From: an uncultured Haliscomenobacter sp. | GTDB lineage: Bacteria; Bacteroidota; Bacteroidia; Chitinophagales; Saprospiraceae | Reading direction: 5' to 3' | Assembly: GCA_964607915.1 (NCBI GenBank) | Contig: CAZSMU010000001.1 | Span: 8,904-72,903 of the forward strand | Length of the DNA stretch: 64,000 nucleotides | Shown: positions 43,782-53,975 of the stretch, one piece after another | Position numbering within the stretch: position 1 is the first letter of the stretch | How the letters are laid out: each line of letters opens with the position of its first letter | The notes under the pieces: model-generated | Databases searched by the model: none | What the model saw: the letters and a program-made list of their open reading frames with translations, nothing else | What the model was told of the DNA's origin: nothing | Made by a program: the position numbers and the translations under genes

Positions 43782-44561
43782 ATGGCCAACGAAATAACGG
43801 TTGCAGAGCAACTCAAACAACTGTACGAACTCCAGCTCATCGATTCCAAAATCGATGAAATCGAAGTCCTCAAGGGGGAGCTACCTATCGAGGTGGGCGA
43901 TCTGGAAGACGAAATTGCGGGGCTGGAAATCCGCACCGGGAAGCTGCGGGCCGCCATTAAAGAACTTCAGGCCAATATTTCCAAACAACAGGCCAACGCC
44001 AAAGAAGCGGAATCCCTCATCGAGCGCTATAAGTCCCAGCTCGACAATGTCAAGAACAACAGGGAATTTGACGCGCTGAACAAGGAAATCGAAATGCAGG
44101 GGCTCGACATCCAACTCGCCGAAAAGCGGATGCGCCAAAGCAGTGCGGAAATCGAAGTCAAAGAGGAACAGTTGCGCGCCGTAGAAGAAAAACTGGCCAA
44201 AAAACAAAAAGACCTCGAAGTCAAAAAGACCGAGTTGCAGGACATCATTTCCAAAACGGAAACGGAGGAAACCGAGTTGCGCGAACACTCCAACGCCGCC
44301 CGCCAACACGTGGAGCCGCGCCTGATCAAAGCGTACGATAAAATCCGTTCTTCCTACCGCAACAGCCTGGCGGTAGTGACGGTACAAAGGGATTCCTGCG
44401 GCGGCTGCTTCAACAAAATCCCTCCGCAGCTCCAGTTGGAAATCGCTATGCGCAAGAAAATCATCGTCTGTGAGTACTGCGGTCGTATCCTGGTGGATGA
44501 TTATATCCTCGATTCAAATTACCAGCCGGGTTTTGCGCGGGAAGAAGCCGGAAATGCCTGA
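43782..44561 (+). CDS. Coiled-coil protein with C4 zinc ribbon (DUF164-type)
   Basis: Long coiled coil, then CGGCFNKIPPQ...CEYCGRIL. This is the conserved partner gene downstream of Nif3. Confidence 0.8.
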   Translation: MANEITVAEQLKQLYELQLIDSKIDEIEVLKGELPIEVGDLEDEIAGLEIRTGKLRAAIKELQANISKQQANAKEAESLIERYKSQLDNVKNNREFDALNKEIEMQGLDIQLAEKRMRQSSAEIEVKEEQLRAVEEKLAKKQKDLEVKKTELQDIISKTETEETELREHSNAARQHVEPRLIKAYDKIRSSYRNSLAVVTVQRDSCGGCFNKIPPQLQLEIAMRKKIIVCEYCGRILVDDYILDSNYQPGFAREEAGNA

Positions 44562-44570
44562 ATCTCGGTC

Positions 44571-46058
44571 GTGCGGCACCTGCTGAACGCTGCCTTCTGT
44601 CTGCTGTTGTGCGTGGGCCCTCTGAGCGGCGCCTCCTTCGACTACTCGGAGCCAGCCCCGGCGGTGTACCGACTTGCCCTTTCTTTGAAAATCGAAGAAG
44701 CAGAACGGCTGCTCCTGCGGATGCAAAACCGGAATCCGGATAACCTGGCGGTACAGCACCTATATAATTACGTGGACTTCGCACGCCTCTTCACTAGTGA
44801 AGACCCTGCGGCGTATGCCCGGCTCAAGAAAAACGAGGAAGCCCGCATACGGAACATACAGACGGGAAACCCCGGGTCGCCGTACTACCTGTATGTCCAG
44901 GCGGATATCCGCCTTCAATGGGCCCTGCTCAAGTTCCGTTTTAACGAGCCAGTGTCTGCTTTCCTCGATATGGGCAAGGCGTACCGCTTGCTGCGCAGGA
45001 ATCAGGAATTATTCCCTTCTTTTTTGCCCAACCAAAAAAACCTGGCCATTCTGCATGCTCTGGCCGGCACCATCCCGGATACATACCGCTGGGGCGCCAG
45101 GGTTCTGGGGGGATTGTCCGGTACCGTGAATCAGGGGCGCGCAGAGTTCGAACAGGTTCTCCACAAAGCGCGCAAGCAGGCGTTTTTTTTCAAGGAGGAA
45201 ACGGTACTGATCTACGCGTACGTGTTGCTCCGCCTTTGCAATGAGGGTGAAAAAGCGTGGGATCTGCTGTCTGACCTGCCCTTGAATCCCCAAAATAACC
45301 TGCTGCACTGCTTCGTACAGGCGGATATTGCCATGCAGACCGGCCGTAACGATGCCGCCCTGGAAACCCTCGAAAAACGCCCGGCAGGCCCGGGTTTTCT
45401 CCCTTTTCCCCAATTGGACTACATGCTGGGGGCGGCTCGTTTGCGCAAGCTCGACCCGCGCGCTTCCAATGCTTTTTTGACCTTCTTAGCGCAACACAAA
45501 GGGCCAAATGGCATCAAAGACACCTACCAAAAACTCGCCTGGCATGCTTGGGCCCTGCGCAATGACCAGGCAGCCTATCGGCAGTACATGCTGCGCGCCA
45601 TCAAAGAAGGGCAGGCTGTCGCCGGGGCGGATAAAAACGCCCTGGAGGAAGCGGAGACCCAGCAGATGCCCCTCAAAGCACTGCTGAAAGCGCGCCTGCT
45701 CTTCGACGGAGGATACTACCAGGAGGCGCTGCAAGCCGTTCAGGCTGCCGAACCGCACACGTTCGCCCAACGCCTGGAATACCACTACCGGAGCGGCCGT
45801 ATCCTGCACGCCCTAAAAAATTATCCCAAAGCCTTGGCGAATTACCAAAAAACGATAGCCTTGGGGCGCAACGATGCCTCTTACCTGGCGTGCAATGCCG
45901 CCCTGCAAAGCGGACTAATCTACGAACTCCTGGGCAAAACCCCGGAGGCAGAGCGCTTTTTCCAGATTTGCCTCTCCATGAACCCCGAAGATTATCGCTC
46001 CGGACTGCACCAGGCGGCCAAAGCAGGTCTGAGTAGGCTAAAAGACCAGAAAAATTAA
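44571..46058 (+). CDS. Secreted TPR-repeat protein, function unknown
   Basis: GTG start and signal-like MRHLLNAAFCLLLCVGPLSGA. Helical-repeat composition with TPR-like blocks near the C-terminus (YPKALANYQKTIALG, GKTPEAERFFQICLSMNP). Confidence 0.65.
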   Translation: MRHLLNAAFCLLLCVGPLSGASFDYSEPAPAVYRLALSLKIEEAERLLLRMQNRNPDNLAVQHLYNYVDFARLFTSEDPAAYARLKKNEEARIRNIQTGNPGSPYYLYVQADIRLQWALLKFRFNEPVSAFLDMGKAYRLLRRNQELFPSFLPNQKNLAILHALAGTIPDTYRWGARVLGGLSGTVNQGRAEFEQVLHKARKQAFFFKEETVLIYAYVLLRLCNEGEKAWDLLSDLPLNPQNNLLHCFVQADIAMQTGRNDAALETLEKRPAGPGFLPFPQLDYMLGAARLRKLDPRASNAFLTFLAQHKGPNGIKDTYQKLAWHAWALRNDQAAYRQYMLRAIKEGQAVAGADKNALEEAETQQMPLKALLKARLLFDGGYYQEALQAVQAAEPHTFAQRLEYHYRSGRILHALKNYPKALANYQKTIALGRNDASYLACNAALQSGLIYELLGKTPEAERFFQICLSMNPEDYRSGLHQAAKAGLSRLKDQKN

Positions 46059-46196
46059 CCCGAGCATACCCTAGGTATACTCCGTGCAACAAGTCTACTT
46101 TATACAACCTGTCCTGAAAATTTACACAAAACCTGTTACACGGAGGCATACAAGCGGTCTATTCCCTACCTTTACCTTTTCTTATAAATCGCGCTT

Positions 46197-48641
46197 ATGA
46201 AAATCTCTTTGAACTGGCTCAAAGATTATCTTGACCTCCCCATGGCGCCGGAAAAAATCGGCGAAATACTCACCGATATCGGCCTCGAACTCGAGAGCAT
46301 GGAACGGGTAGAACGTATACCAGGCGGCCTCGAAGGGGTCGTCGTCGGCCATGTGCTCGAATGTATGCGGCATCCCAACGCAGATAAACTTTCATTGACC
46401 CGCGTGGATATCGGTGCGGGGGCAACGCTGCAAATCGTTTGTGGTGCCCCCAATGTGGCCCAGGGACAAAAAGTGCTGGTCGCCACTGTCGGCACCACTC
46501 TCCACCCCGTAGAAGGAGAACCCCTCACCCTCAAAAAAGGGAAAATCCGGGGGGAAGACTCCGAGGGCATGATTTGCGCACAGGACGAACTGGGCCTCGG
46601 CCATGACCATAGCGGTATCCTGGTTCTGCCCCCCGACGCCCCCGTGGGCCTTCCTGCAAAGGCATGGTTCGATCTGAAAGAAGATTATCTCTTCGAAATA
46701 GGCCTCACCCCCAACCGCTCCGACGCCACCAGTCACCTCGGCGTTGCCCGCGACCTGGCCGCCGCATTGAAAACAAACTACAGCCATCCGGGGACTTTGT
46801 GCGTACCGGATGTCAGCGCTTTCACCGTGGATAACCACGACCTGCCCGTCCAGGTCGTCGTGGAAAACACAGAGGCCTGCCCGCGGTATTGCGGCGTCTC
46901 TATCTCGGGCGTCCGCGTCGGAGAGTCGCCGCAATGGCTCGTAGAGCGCCTCAACGTCATCGGCGTGCGCTCTATCAATAACGTGGTGGACGCCACTAAC
47001 TACGTACTCAACGAACTGGGCCAGCCTCTCCATGCTTTTGACCTCGACCAAATCGGCGGTCGGAAGGTAGTGGTCAAGACCCTGCCCCACGAAACCCGCT
47101 TCCGCGCACTGGATGATACAGAACGCGTTCTGCACGAGGAAGACCTCATGATCTGCGACGGGGAATCGCGCGGTATGTGCATCGGCGGGGTGTTCGGAGG
47201 CCTGCACTCGGGGGTTAAAGACGATACCGTGAATATTTTCCTGGAGGCTGCGCACTTCAACCCGCGTTATATCCGCCGCACGAGTATGCGCCACAACCTG
47301 CGCACCGACGCGGCCCGCATCTTTGAAAAAGGGAGCGACCCCAATATCGCCCGCTACGCCCTTCAGCGCGCAGCCCTGCTGATTCAGCAACTAGCCGGTG
47401 GAAAAATCGCGTCCGACATCGTGGATATCTATCCCCATCCGGTACAGCCTCGTCGTATTGCCCTGCGCTACGCACATGTAAACCAACTGATTGGCGCTTT
47501 TCTGGAGCCGCGTGAAATAGAATCCATCCTCGAAGCACTGAACATGGGCGTACAGCGCGTTTCCTCTGATGAAATGCTCGTTTCCGTGCCTACGGATAAA
47601 GCCGATGTGACTCGTCCCACCGACCTCATCGAGGAAATCCTTCGTATCTATGGGTTCAACAAAGTGGCCATCCCCGACAAGTTTAGCTATACCCTGAACC
47701 TCAAGCCACAGCCCGACCCTTCGGATATGCGCAATGTCGTAGCCAACTTCCTGGCCGCCTCCGGCTTTAACGAGATGATGGCGCTGTCGCTCTCCCAGTC
47801 GCGCTACTACCGGAATCCCCTGCTCGGCGTCGCCGAAGAGGAGCTGGCCTACATCCACAATACCTCCAACGCCCATCTGGATGTTATGCGCCCAGATATG
47901 CTCGTCAGTGGCCTGGAAACCGTGCTGCACAACCAAAACCGCCAGCAAAACCGCCTGCGCTTGTTCGAATTTGGAAAAAAATACCGCAAAACGGAATCTG
48001 GCTATGCAGAAACGGGGCAACTCGCTCTTTTTCTTTGCGGGGACCGCTGGAAAGAAAGCTGGCTGGCCGACAAAAAGGCGCAAACGGGCTTTTTTACCCT
48101 GAAAGCCTATGCATCCCAAATTCTGCAGCGGACAGGTATCGAGGGAACGCAGGAAAAACCGCTCTCACATACCGCTTTTTCGTACGGCCTACAACTCCAG
48201 CGCGGCCCCCAGGTGTTGGTCGAACTGGGAAAAATCAACGGAATGCTGACCCGCGAAATGGGCATCCGCGGAGAAGTCTTCGCCGCCGTGTTCAATTGGG
48301 ACCTGCTCCTGCAAGCTATGGGCAAACAACGCATCCGCTACGCCGAGGTGCCGCGATTCCCCAATACCCGCCGCGACCTCGCCCTGGTAGTGGATCAATC
48401 TGTGCATTTCTCCGAAATGGCCGCTATCGCCCGCAAAGTGGGCAAAAAATGGATTCGCGAGGTCAACCTCTTCGATGTCTATGAGAATGAAAGCCAACTC
48501 GGTAGCGGCAAACGCTCCTGCGCCTTGAGCTACGTGTTCGAAAATCCGGAACGCACCCTTCAGGACAAAGAAGTAGATGAAATCATGGACCAGCTCATCC
48601 GCGAATACGAAATGAAACTTAATGCAGCTATCCGGCGTTAG
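46197..48641 (+). CDS. pheT: Phenylalanine--tRNA ligase beta subunit
   Basis: MKISLNWLKDYLDL start. tRNA-binding domain VVVGHVLECMRHPNADKLSLTRVDIG. B3/4 and B5 regions. C-terminal FDX-ACB (DVYENESQLGSGKRSCALSYVF). Confidence 0.95.
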   Translation: MKISLNWLKDYLDLPMAPEKIGEILTDIGLELESMERVERIPGGLEGVVVGHVLECMRHPNADKLSLTRVDIGAGATLQIVCGAPNVAQGQKVLVATVGTTLHPVEGEPLTLKKGKIRGEDSEGMICAQDELGLGHDHSGILVLPPDAPVGLPAKAWFDLKEDYLFEIGLTPNRSDATSHLGVARDLAAALKTNYSHPGTLCVPDVSAFTVDNHDLPVQVVVENTEACPRYCGVSISGVRVGESPQWLVERLNVIGVRSINNVVDATNYVLNELGQPLHAFDLDQIGGRKVVVKTLPHETRFRALDDTERVLHEEDLMICDGESRGMCIGGVFGGLHSGVKDDTVNIFLEAAHFNPRYIRRTSMRHNLRTDAARIFEKGSDPNIARYALQRAALLIQQLAGGKIASDIVDIYPHPVQPRRIALRYAHVNQLIGAFLEPREIESILEALNMGVQRVSSDEMLVSVPTDKADVTRPTDLIEEILRIYGFNKVAIPDKFSYTLNLKPQPDPSDMRNVVANFLAASGFNEMMALSLSQSRYYRNPLLGVAEEELAYIHNTSNAHLDVMRPDMLVSGLETVLHNQNRQQNRLRLFEFGKKYRKTESGYAETGQLALFLCGDRWKESWLADKKAQTGFFTLKAYASQILQRTGIEGTQEKPLSHTAFSYGLQLQRGPQVLVELGKINGMLTREMGIRGEVFAAVFNWDLLLQAMGKQRIRYAEVPRFPNTRRDLALVVDQSVHFSEMAAIARKVGKKWIREVNLFDVYENESQLGSGKRSCALSYVFENPERTLQDKEVDEIMDQLIREYEMKLNAAIRR

Positions 48642-48714
48642 CTTTTTAGCTTATAAAAAGGGAAAATATACCCGCTATGGCAAAGTAAGAACGATTAAAA
48701 TAGGAATCCCCGGT

Positions 48715-49011
48715 ATGGAGGCATTAGAACGCTTGGATCGAATCGAGGCAAAAGTCGGCCAGTTCATCTTAAAAATACAACAGGTCAACCGCATGAACGA
48801 AGCGTTGGTGCGGGAAAACCAGCAGCTCCAACTGGAATTGCTCGAACGGGACAAACTCGTCGCCGGGCTCAAAGAACTACTGCGCGATATGGAACAAAAA
48901 AACACGCGGATGAAAGCCGATGAGGCGCAAAGGACAGCCTCCGTCCAACGACAACTGGAACAGTCCGTGCGCCAATTGAATGCCTGTATCGAACAGTTGC
49001 GCAATCTGTGA
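48715..49011 (+). CDS. Small coiled-coil protein upstream of zapA
   Basis: 98 aa from ATG 48715. Heptad-rich (ENQQLQLELLERDKLVAGLKELLRDMEQK). It ends 1 nt before the zapA ATG. Confidence 0.6.
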   Translation: MEALERLDRIEAKVGQFILKIQQVNRMNEALVRENQQLQLELLERDKLVAGLKELLRDMEQKNTRMKADEAQRTASVQRQLEQSVRQLNACIEQLRNL

Positions 49012-49012
49012 T

Positions 49013-49318
49013 ATGGAGAACCAGGAAAGCAGGCATATTACCGTCCTTATCGCAGGGAGGCCCTATCCACTCAAGGTCAGGGCAGAAGATGAAGCGACCA
49101 TCCGCCAAATCGTAGGCGAGGTGAACGATAAAGTCAACCGCTTCCAGCTGGCCCACCCGAACAAAGACAAACAGGACTGCCTCTCTATGATGCTGCTGAC
49201 GTATGCCGTGGATTTGTTCAAAAGCCGGCAAGTCAACCTGCCCGATCCGGAGGTGCTCGAAAACCGGCTCGCCCGCTTGCACCGCTTGCTGGAAGAGGCG
49301 CTCGCCCCCGATGCCTGA
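49013..49318 (+). CDS. zapA: Cell division protein ZapA
   Basis: ITVLIAGRPYPLKVRAEDEATIRQIVGEVNDKV...CLSMMLLTYAVDL. About 100 aa. Confidence 0.85.
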   Translation: MENQESRHITVLIAGRPYPLKVRAEDEATIRQIVGEVNDKVNRFQLAHPNKDKQDCLSMMLLTYAVDLFKSRQVNLPDPEVLENRLARLHRLLEEALAPDA

Positions 49319-49446
49319 ACGACTTCGCTCGCAGCCTGTGCTTTAAACGATGCAATTATTTGTATAAATAACCCATTTGGGATGTTTTTAGGTTTTTTTG
49401 TAGTATTTTACAGTTTTTTAAAACGCACATAAACAAGAGTACACGA

Positions 49447-51129
49447 ATGGATATAGGAATAGGATTGCTCATCGGACTCGCCATCGGCGCCGTAATCGGC
49501 TACCTGCTGGTAAATGCCGCTTTGAGCAGGAACCGAAAAAAACTACAGGATGAGGCCAATAATCAGGCCGATCTCCAAATCAAAGAAGCTCGCCTGACCG
49601 CAAAACGCCTCACTGACGAAGCGGAAATGAAAGCGGAAAAAATCCTGGACCAAGCCGAAAACAAAAACGAACGGATCAAACAAAAGAAAATCCAGGAGGC
49701 CAAGGAGCATTTCAACAAACTCAAGTCCACCTTCGATACGCATAAGTCGGAACAACTCGTGCAGCTGAAGGAACGCGAAATGGAAATCCGCGCCTTAGAT
49801 AACGAGTTCAAAACCAAAGAGGAAAAAATCGAAGAACGCCAACGCGCCCTCGAAACCCAAAAAACGGAAATCGAACTCAAAGACGCAGAGCTCAACGCCA
49901 TCCGCGAAAACCTGGAGAAACAACTCAAAATCGTGGCCAAAAAGAAAGAGGAACTCGATATGGCCAACGAACTTCGCATCAAGGAACTGGAAAGTATTGC
50001 CCGCCTGACCGAACAGGAGGCCAAAGAGCAACTGCTCGACGCCGTGCGCGCAAAAGCAGAAACCGATGCCATGGCCATCGTCAAAGAATCCGTCGAACAG
50101 GCTAAAGCAGACGCCAACAAAGAAGCTAAGAAAATCGTCATCCAGACTATTCAGCGCATGTGCGCAGAATATACCATCGAGAATACGGTCTCCGTCTTCC
50201 ACCTGGATTCCGACGATTTGAAAGGCCAAATCATCGGCCGCGAAGGCCGCAACATCCGCGCCCTCGAAGCAGCTACCGGTGCCGAAATCGTGGTGGACGA
50301 TACCCCCGAGGCCATCGTCATCTCCAGCTTCGACCCCATCCGCCGCGAGGTGGCGCGTCTGGCCCTCAAAAAACTGGTGGCCGATGGCCGCATCCACCCG
50401 GCCCGCATCGAAGAGGTCGTCGCCAAAACGCGCAAGCAGCTCGATGAACAAATCGTCGAAATCGGCGAACGCACCGTCATCGAATTAGACCTCCACGGCC
50501 TGGATCCCTACCTCGTTAAAATGGTAGGCCGCATGCGCTTCCGCTCTTCCTACGGGCAAAACCTGCTGAAACACTCCATCGAAACGGCCAACCTCTGCGC
50601 AATCATGGCCGCAGAACTGGGGCTCAACCCCAAACAAATCAAACTGGCCAAACGGGCCGGCCTCCTCCACGATATCGGTAAAGTGGCCGAAGAGGAAAGC
50701 GAGCTCTCCCACGCCATTCTGGGTATGAAACTGTGCGAAAAGTACAAGGAAAACCCGGCCGTCTGCAATGCTGTCGGCGCTCACCACGATGAAATCGAGA
50801 TGAACAACATCATCTCCCCCATCATACAGGCCTGCGACGCCATCTCCGGCGCCCGCCCGGGCGCCCGCCGCGAAATCCTGGAAAGCTACCTCAAACGAAT
50901 CGGCGAACTGGAAGAACTGGCTATGTCGCACGAGGGAGTGTCCAAAGCATTCGCCATGCAGGCTGGCCGCGAACTGCGCGTCATCGTGGAAAGCGAAAAG
51001 GTCAGCGATGCATACGCCGACGACCTGGCTTTTCTCATCTCCCAGAAAATACAGGAAGGGATGCAGTATCCCGGCCAGATAAAAGTTACCGTCATCCGGG
51101 AAAAGCGCGCTATCTCCTACGCGCGCTAA
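49447..51129 (+). CDS. rny: Ribonuclease Y
   Basis: N-terminal TM helix and a long coiled coil. KH domain [26 protein letters not shown] domain LLHDIGK...GAHH. Confidence 0.95.
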   Translation: MDIGIGLLIGLAIGAVIGYLLVNAALSRNRKKLQDEANNQADLQIKEARLTAKRLTDEAEMKAEKILDQAENKNERIKQKKIQEAKEHFNKLKSTFDTHKSEQLVQLKEREMEIRALDNEFKTKEEKIEERQRALETQKTEIELKDAELNAIRENLEKQLKIVAKKKEELDMANELRIKELESIARLTEQEAKEQLLDAVRAKAETDAMAIVKESVEQAKADANKEAKKIVIQTIQRMCAEYTIENTVSVFHLDSDDLKGQIIGREGRNIRALEAATGAEIVVDDTPEAIVISSFDPIRREVARLALKKLVADGRIHPARIEEVVAKTRKQLDEQIVEIGERTVIELDLHGLDPYLVKMVGRMRFRSSYGQNLLKHSIETANLCAIMAAELGLNPKQIKLAKRAGLLHDIGKVAEEESELSHAILGMKLCEKYKENPAVCNAVGAHHDEIEMNNIISPIIQACDAISGARPGARREILESYLKRIGELEELAMSHEGVSKAFAMQAGRELRVIVESEKVSDAYADDLAFLISQKIQEGMQYPGQIKVTVIREKRAISYAR

Positions 51130-51147
51130 CCCGCTAATCCTGTCGCT

Positions 51148-53967
51148 ATGCGCAAGATATCCGGTCTGAGCAGCGCGGCGTGCCGCACTTTTCGCCCCGC
51201 GAAAAGCGCAGTACGCCGCGCTTTTTTATGGGTAGCCCTCCTTGCCCTCCTGCCGCTATACCCCGCTTTCTCACAAAATATCCCGCTGCCGGAACACCCG
51301 CGCCCCGATTTCCACCGCGCCGATTGGCTCAACTTGAACGGTGCCTGGGGGTTCGCCTTCGACTCCCTCGACGTCGGCCTGCGCGATGCGTGGTTTGAGG
51401 GCAAAGCAGCTTTTCCCCATACCATCCAGGTGCCCTTCCCTTGGGGCTCCAAATTGTCGGGCGTGGCGGACGAAGCAGATATCGCCTGGTATCAGCGCAG
51501 CGTAAGCATCCCCTCCAACTGGACCGGCCGCCGGATATTCCTCGTCATCGGCGCTTCCGACTGGGAAACGAGCGTCTGGGTGGACGGCCATAAGGTCGGA
51601 ACACACCAGGGAGGCTACACCCCGTTTTCTTTTGAACTGACGCCCCATGTCAAAGCAGGGCAAAACAGCCGTATCTACGTCCGCGTGGACGACAAGCGCC
51701 GCGATTTTACCCTCTATGGCAAACAGGGCTACGGCAACGCACGCGGCATCTGGCAAACGACCTATCTGGAAGCCCGTGCCCCTGCTTTCCTCGAATACGT
51801 CCATTGTACCCCGGATATCGAACGCCGGGAAGTCGGCGTCGAAGTGGCCCTGGACAAAGTACCGCAACAGGACATCCTCGTACAGGCAGAAATAAAAACG
51901 CCCGGCGGGCCACTGAAGACTTCTTTTATCTACCCGAAGGGCGCCCGAATGGCCAGCGCCCGAATCCGCTTGCCAGAGCAGCGCCTCTGGACCCTGGAAG
52001 ACCCCTACCTCTACGACATGAGCGTGCAGGTCGGCGAAGACCGCGTGGATACGTATTTCGGGATGCGCAAAATCTCCACCGTCAAACTCCCGGGAACGGA
52101 TTATACCTACGTAGCGCTCAACGACAAACCCCTCTACCTGCAACTCACCCTCGACCAGTCCTACCACCCGGATGGGTTCTATACCTTCCCCTCCGACGAG
52201 TTCATGCGCAACGAAATCCAACTGTGTAAGGATATTGGCCTGAACGGTATCCGTACTCATATCAAAGTGGATATCCCCCGGAAATTGTACTGGGCCGACA
52301 AACTGGGCCTGCTCGTAATGTCCGACCTGCCCAACTCCTGGGGCCAGCCTGATGAGGCCATGCAGGCGGAATCGGAACGCACCCTGCGCGAGATGATTCG
52401 CAGGGATTACAACCATCCATCTATCTTTAGTTGGATAGTATTCAATGAAACCTGGGGGCTGAGCAGCAAAGTGCCAAACCCGGAAAGCGGAAAGGAAGAA
52501 TCCCGATACCTGCCCCGCACCCAGCACTGGGTCGCTTCCATGTACTACCTGGCTAAATCTCTGGACCCCACCCGACTGGTAGAGGACAACTCTATCTGCT
52601 GCGGCGCCGGACATACGGAAACCGATATCAACTCCTGGCACGAATATCTGCCCGGATGGGCCTGGGAGGAACGACTCAAAACAATAGATGAAAAAACGTT
52701 CATCGGCAGTACCTACCACTTTCAGCCGGGATTCCAGCAGGGCGACCAGCCCAACATAAACTCGGAATGCGGCAACGTGTGGGGCTATGACGGCAGTACG
52801 GGCGACGTGGACTGGAGCTGGGACTACCACCGCATGATGAACACGTTCCGAAAGTACCCCAAAGTGGCCGGCTGGCTCTATACCGAACACCACGATGTCA
52901 TCAACGAGTGGAATGGGTACTGGCGCTTCGACCGAAGCCCCAAATTTACCGGCCTCGAAGAATTGGCAGAAGGGATGAGCGCCCGCGACTTCCACTCGCC
53001 TTTTTATATCTCCACAGGCAACGATATTTGCGTCACCGTGAAAGGAGGGGAACGCGTCACTATCCCTCTCTACCTGTCCGTGATGTCGGATATGCCCATC
53101 CCCGACAACCGCTTGTCGCTGGAAATAACCGGAACATTCATGGATAAAACGGGCGTGGAAAAGACAATCCACCGGTCGTCCCGCACACTCGACTACACGC
53201 CCTGGATGCAAGCCGGCTTACCTGCCGAAACGTTTCCGGCTCCCGCCTGGTCGGGCCTGGGCCGGGTCCAACTGTTGCTAAAGGATCCTTCGAGTGGTAA
53301 GGTGCTGCACCACAACGTTTTCCACTTTGTAGTAGATGCCCCTTCGAATCCGGATAAAGTGCGCGTCTTCGAACAGTCCCCTGCCGCCTTCTCCGCTGCC
53401 AACTGGTCGCTGAAGCAGTGGCAGATACTCGACGGGCACAAAGTAAATGGTGCCGGAAAGGGTTTTTTTGAATACCGTATTCCGGTTTCCGGCTTGGACC
53501 TTTCGCAGGTAGCGGAAGCTCATTTTTTGGTCGAAGCCTCTTCCAAGCCCTTGTTAGATAAGGATCGCGATAAGTCTTTTTCCAAAGACCAGGATTATAT
53601 GCTGGGGGCAAGGGTGTCGCCGCACCAGAACCCCAATGCATATCCGATGACCGATAAGTACCAGAACCCGTCCAACTTGCGGATTTCAATTCGGGGGGCT
53701 ACTTCGCAGGCCTACCGCCTTGCCGATGATCCTGCCGACCACCGGGGCGTCTTGTCCTGGCACGCTCAACCCAGGGACCGGAAGCTCTATGAGGCCGGGA
53801 CTTTCGGCGATTTGATCCGAATTCCCATTTCCAGTGCCGTATTGAAAGCGGCACAGCAACGGGGGTACCTCGAGGTACGCCTGGAGGCCGATAATGGGTT
53901 GGCCATCTATGGAGTTCGGTTTGGCCGCTACCCGGTCAATCCAAGTCTGGTGGTGCGCATGAAGTAG
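51148..53967 (+). CDS. Glycoside hydrolase family 2 protein
   Basis: Sugar-binding N-domain (VPFPWGS..., WYQRSV) and TIM barrel with NHPSIFSWIVFNETWG. The N-terminus AVRRAFLWVALLALL resembles a twin-arginine signal. Confidence 0.85.
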   Translation: MRKISGLSSAACRTFRPAKSAVRRAFLWVALLALLPLYPAFSQNIPLPEHPRPDFHRADWLNLNGAWGFAFDSLDVGLRDAWFEGKAAFPHTIQVPFPWGSKLSGVADEADIAWYQRSVSIPSNWTGRRIFLVIGASDWETSVWVDGHKVGTHQGGYTPFSFELTPHVKAGQNSRIYVRVDDKRRDFTLYGKQGYGNARGIWQTTYLEARAPAFLEYVHCTPDIERREVGVEVALDKVPQQDILVQAEIKTPGGPLKTSFIYPKGARMASARIRLPEQRLWTLEDPYLYDMSVQVGEDRVDTYFGMRKISTVKLPGTDYTYVALNDKPLYLQLTLDQSYHPDGFYTFPSDEFMRNEIQLCKDIGLNGIRTHIKVDIPRKLYWADKLGLLVMSDLPNSWGQPDEAMQAESERTLREMIRRDYNHPSIFSWIVFNETWGLSSKVPNPESGKEESRYLPRTQHWVASMYYLAKSLDPTRLVEDNSICCGAGHTETDINSWHEYLPGWAWEERLKTIDEKTFIGSTYHFQPGFQQGDQPNINSECGNVWGYDGSTGDVDWSWDYHRMMNTFRKYPKVAGWLYTEHHDVINEWNGYWRFDRSPKFTGLEELAEGMSARDFHSPFYISTGNDICVTVKGGERVTIPLYLSVMSDMPIPDNRLSLEITGTFMDKTGVEKTIHRSSRTLDYTPWMQAGLPAETFPAPAWSGLGRVQLLLKDPSSGKVLHHNVFHFVVDAPSNPDKVRVFEQSPAAFSAANWSLKQWQILDGHKVNGAGKGFFEYRIPVSGLDLSQVAEAHFLVEASSKPLLDKDRDKSFSKDQDYMLGARVSPHQNPNAYPMTDKYQNPSNLRISIRGATSQAYRLADDPADHRGVLSWHAQPRDRKLYEAGTFGDLIRIPISSAVLKAAQQRGYLEVRLEADNGLAIYGVRFGRYPVNPSLVVRMK

Positions 53968-53975
53968 GCGGCTGT

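Noticed and set aside
49319-49446. 6S RNA downstream of zapA, as in E. coli zapA-ssrS
   Set aside because: The spacer is only 128 bp and AT-rich, and it has no extended stem structure. It more likely holds the rny promoter.
51271-53211. 646-aa ORF antisense to the GH2 gene
   Set aside because: Its G/V/A/R-rich composition is typical of an antisense frame in GC-rich DNA, and it has no motifs. The plus strand carries clear GH2 signatures.
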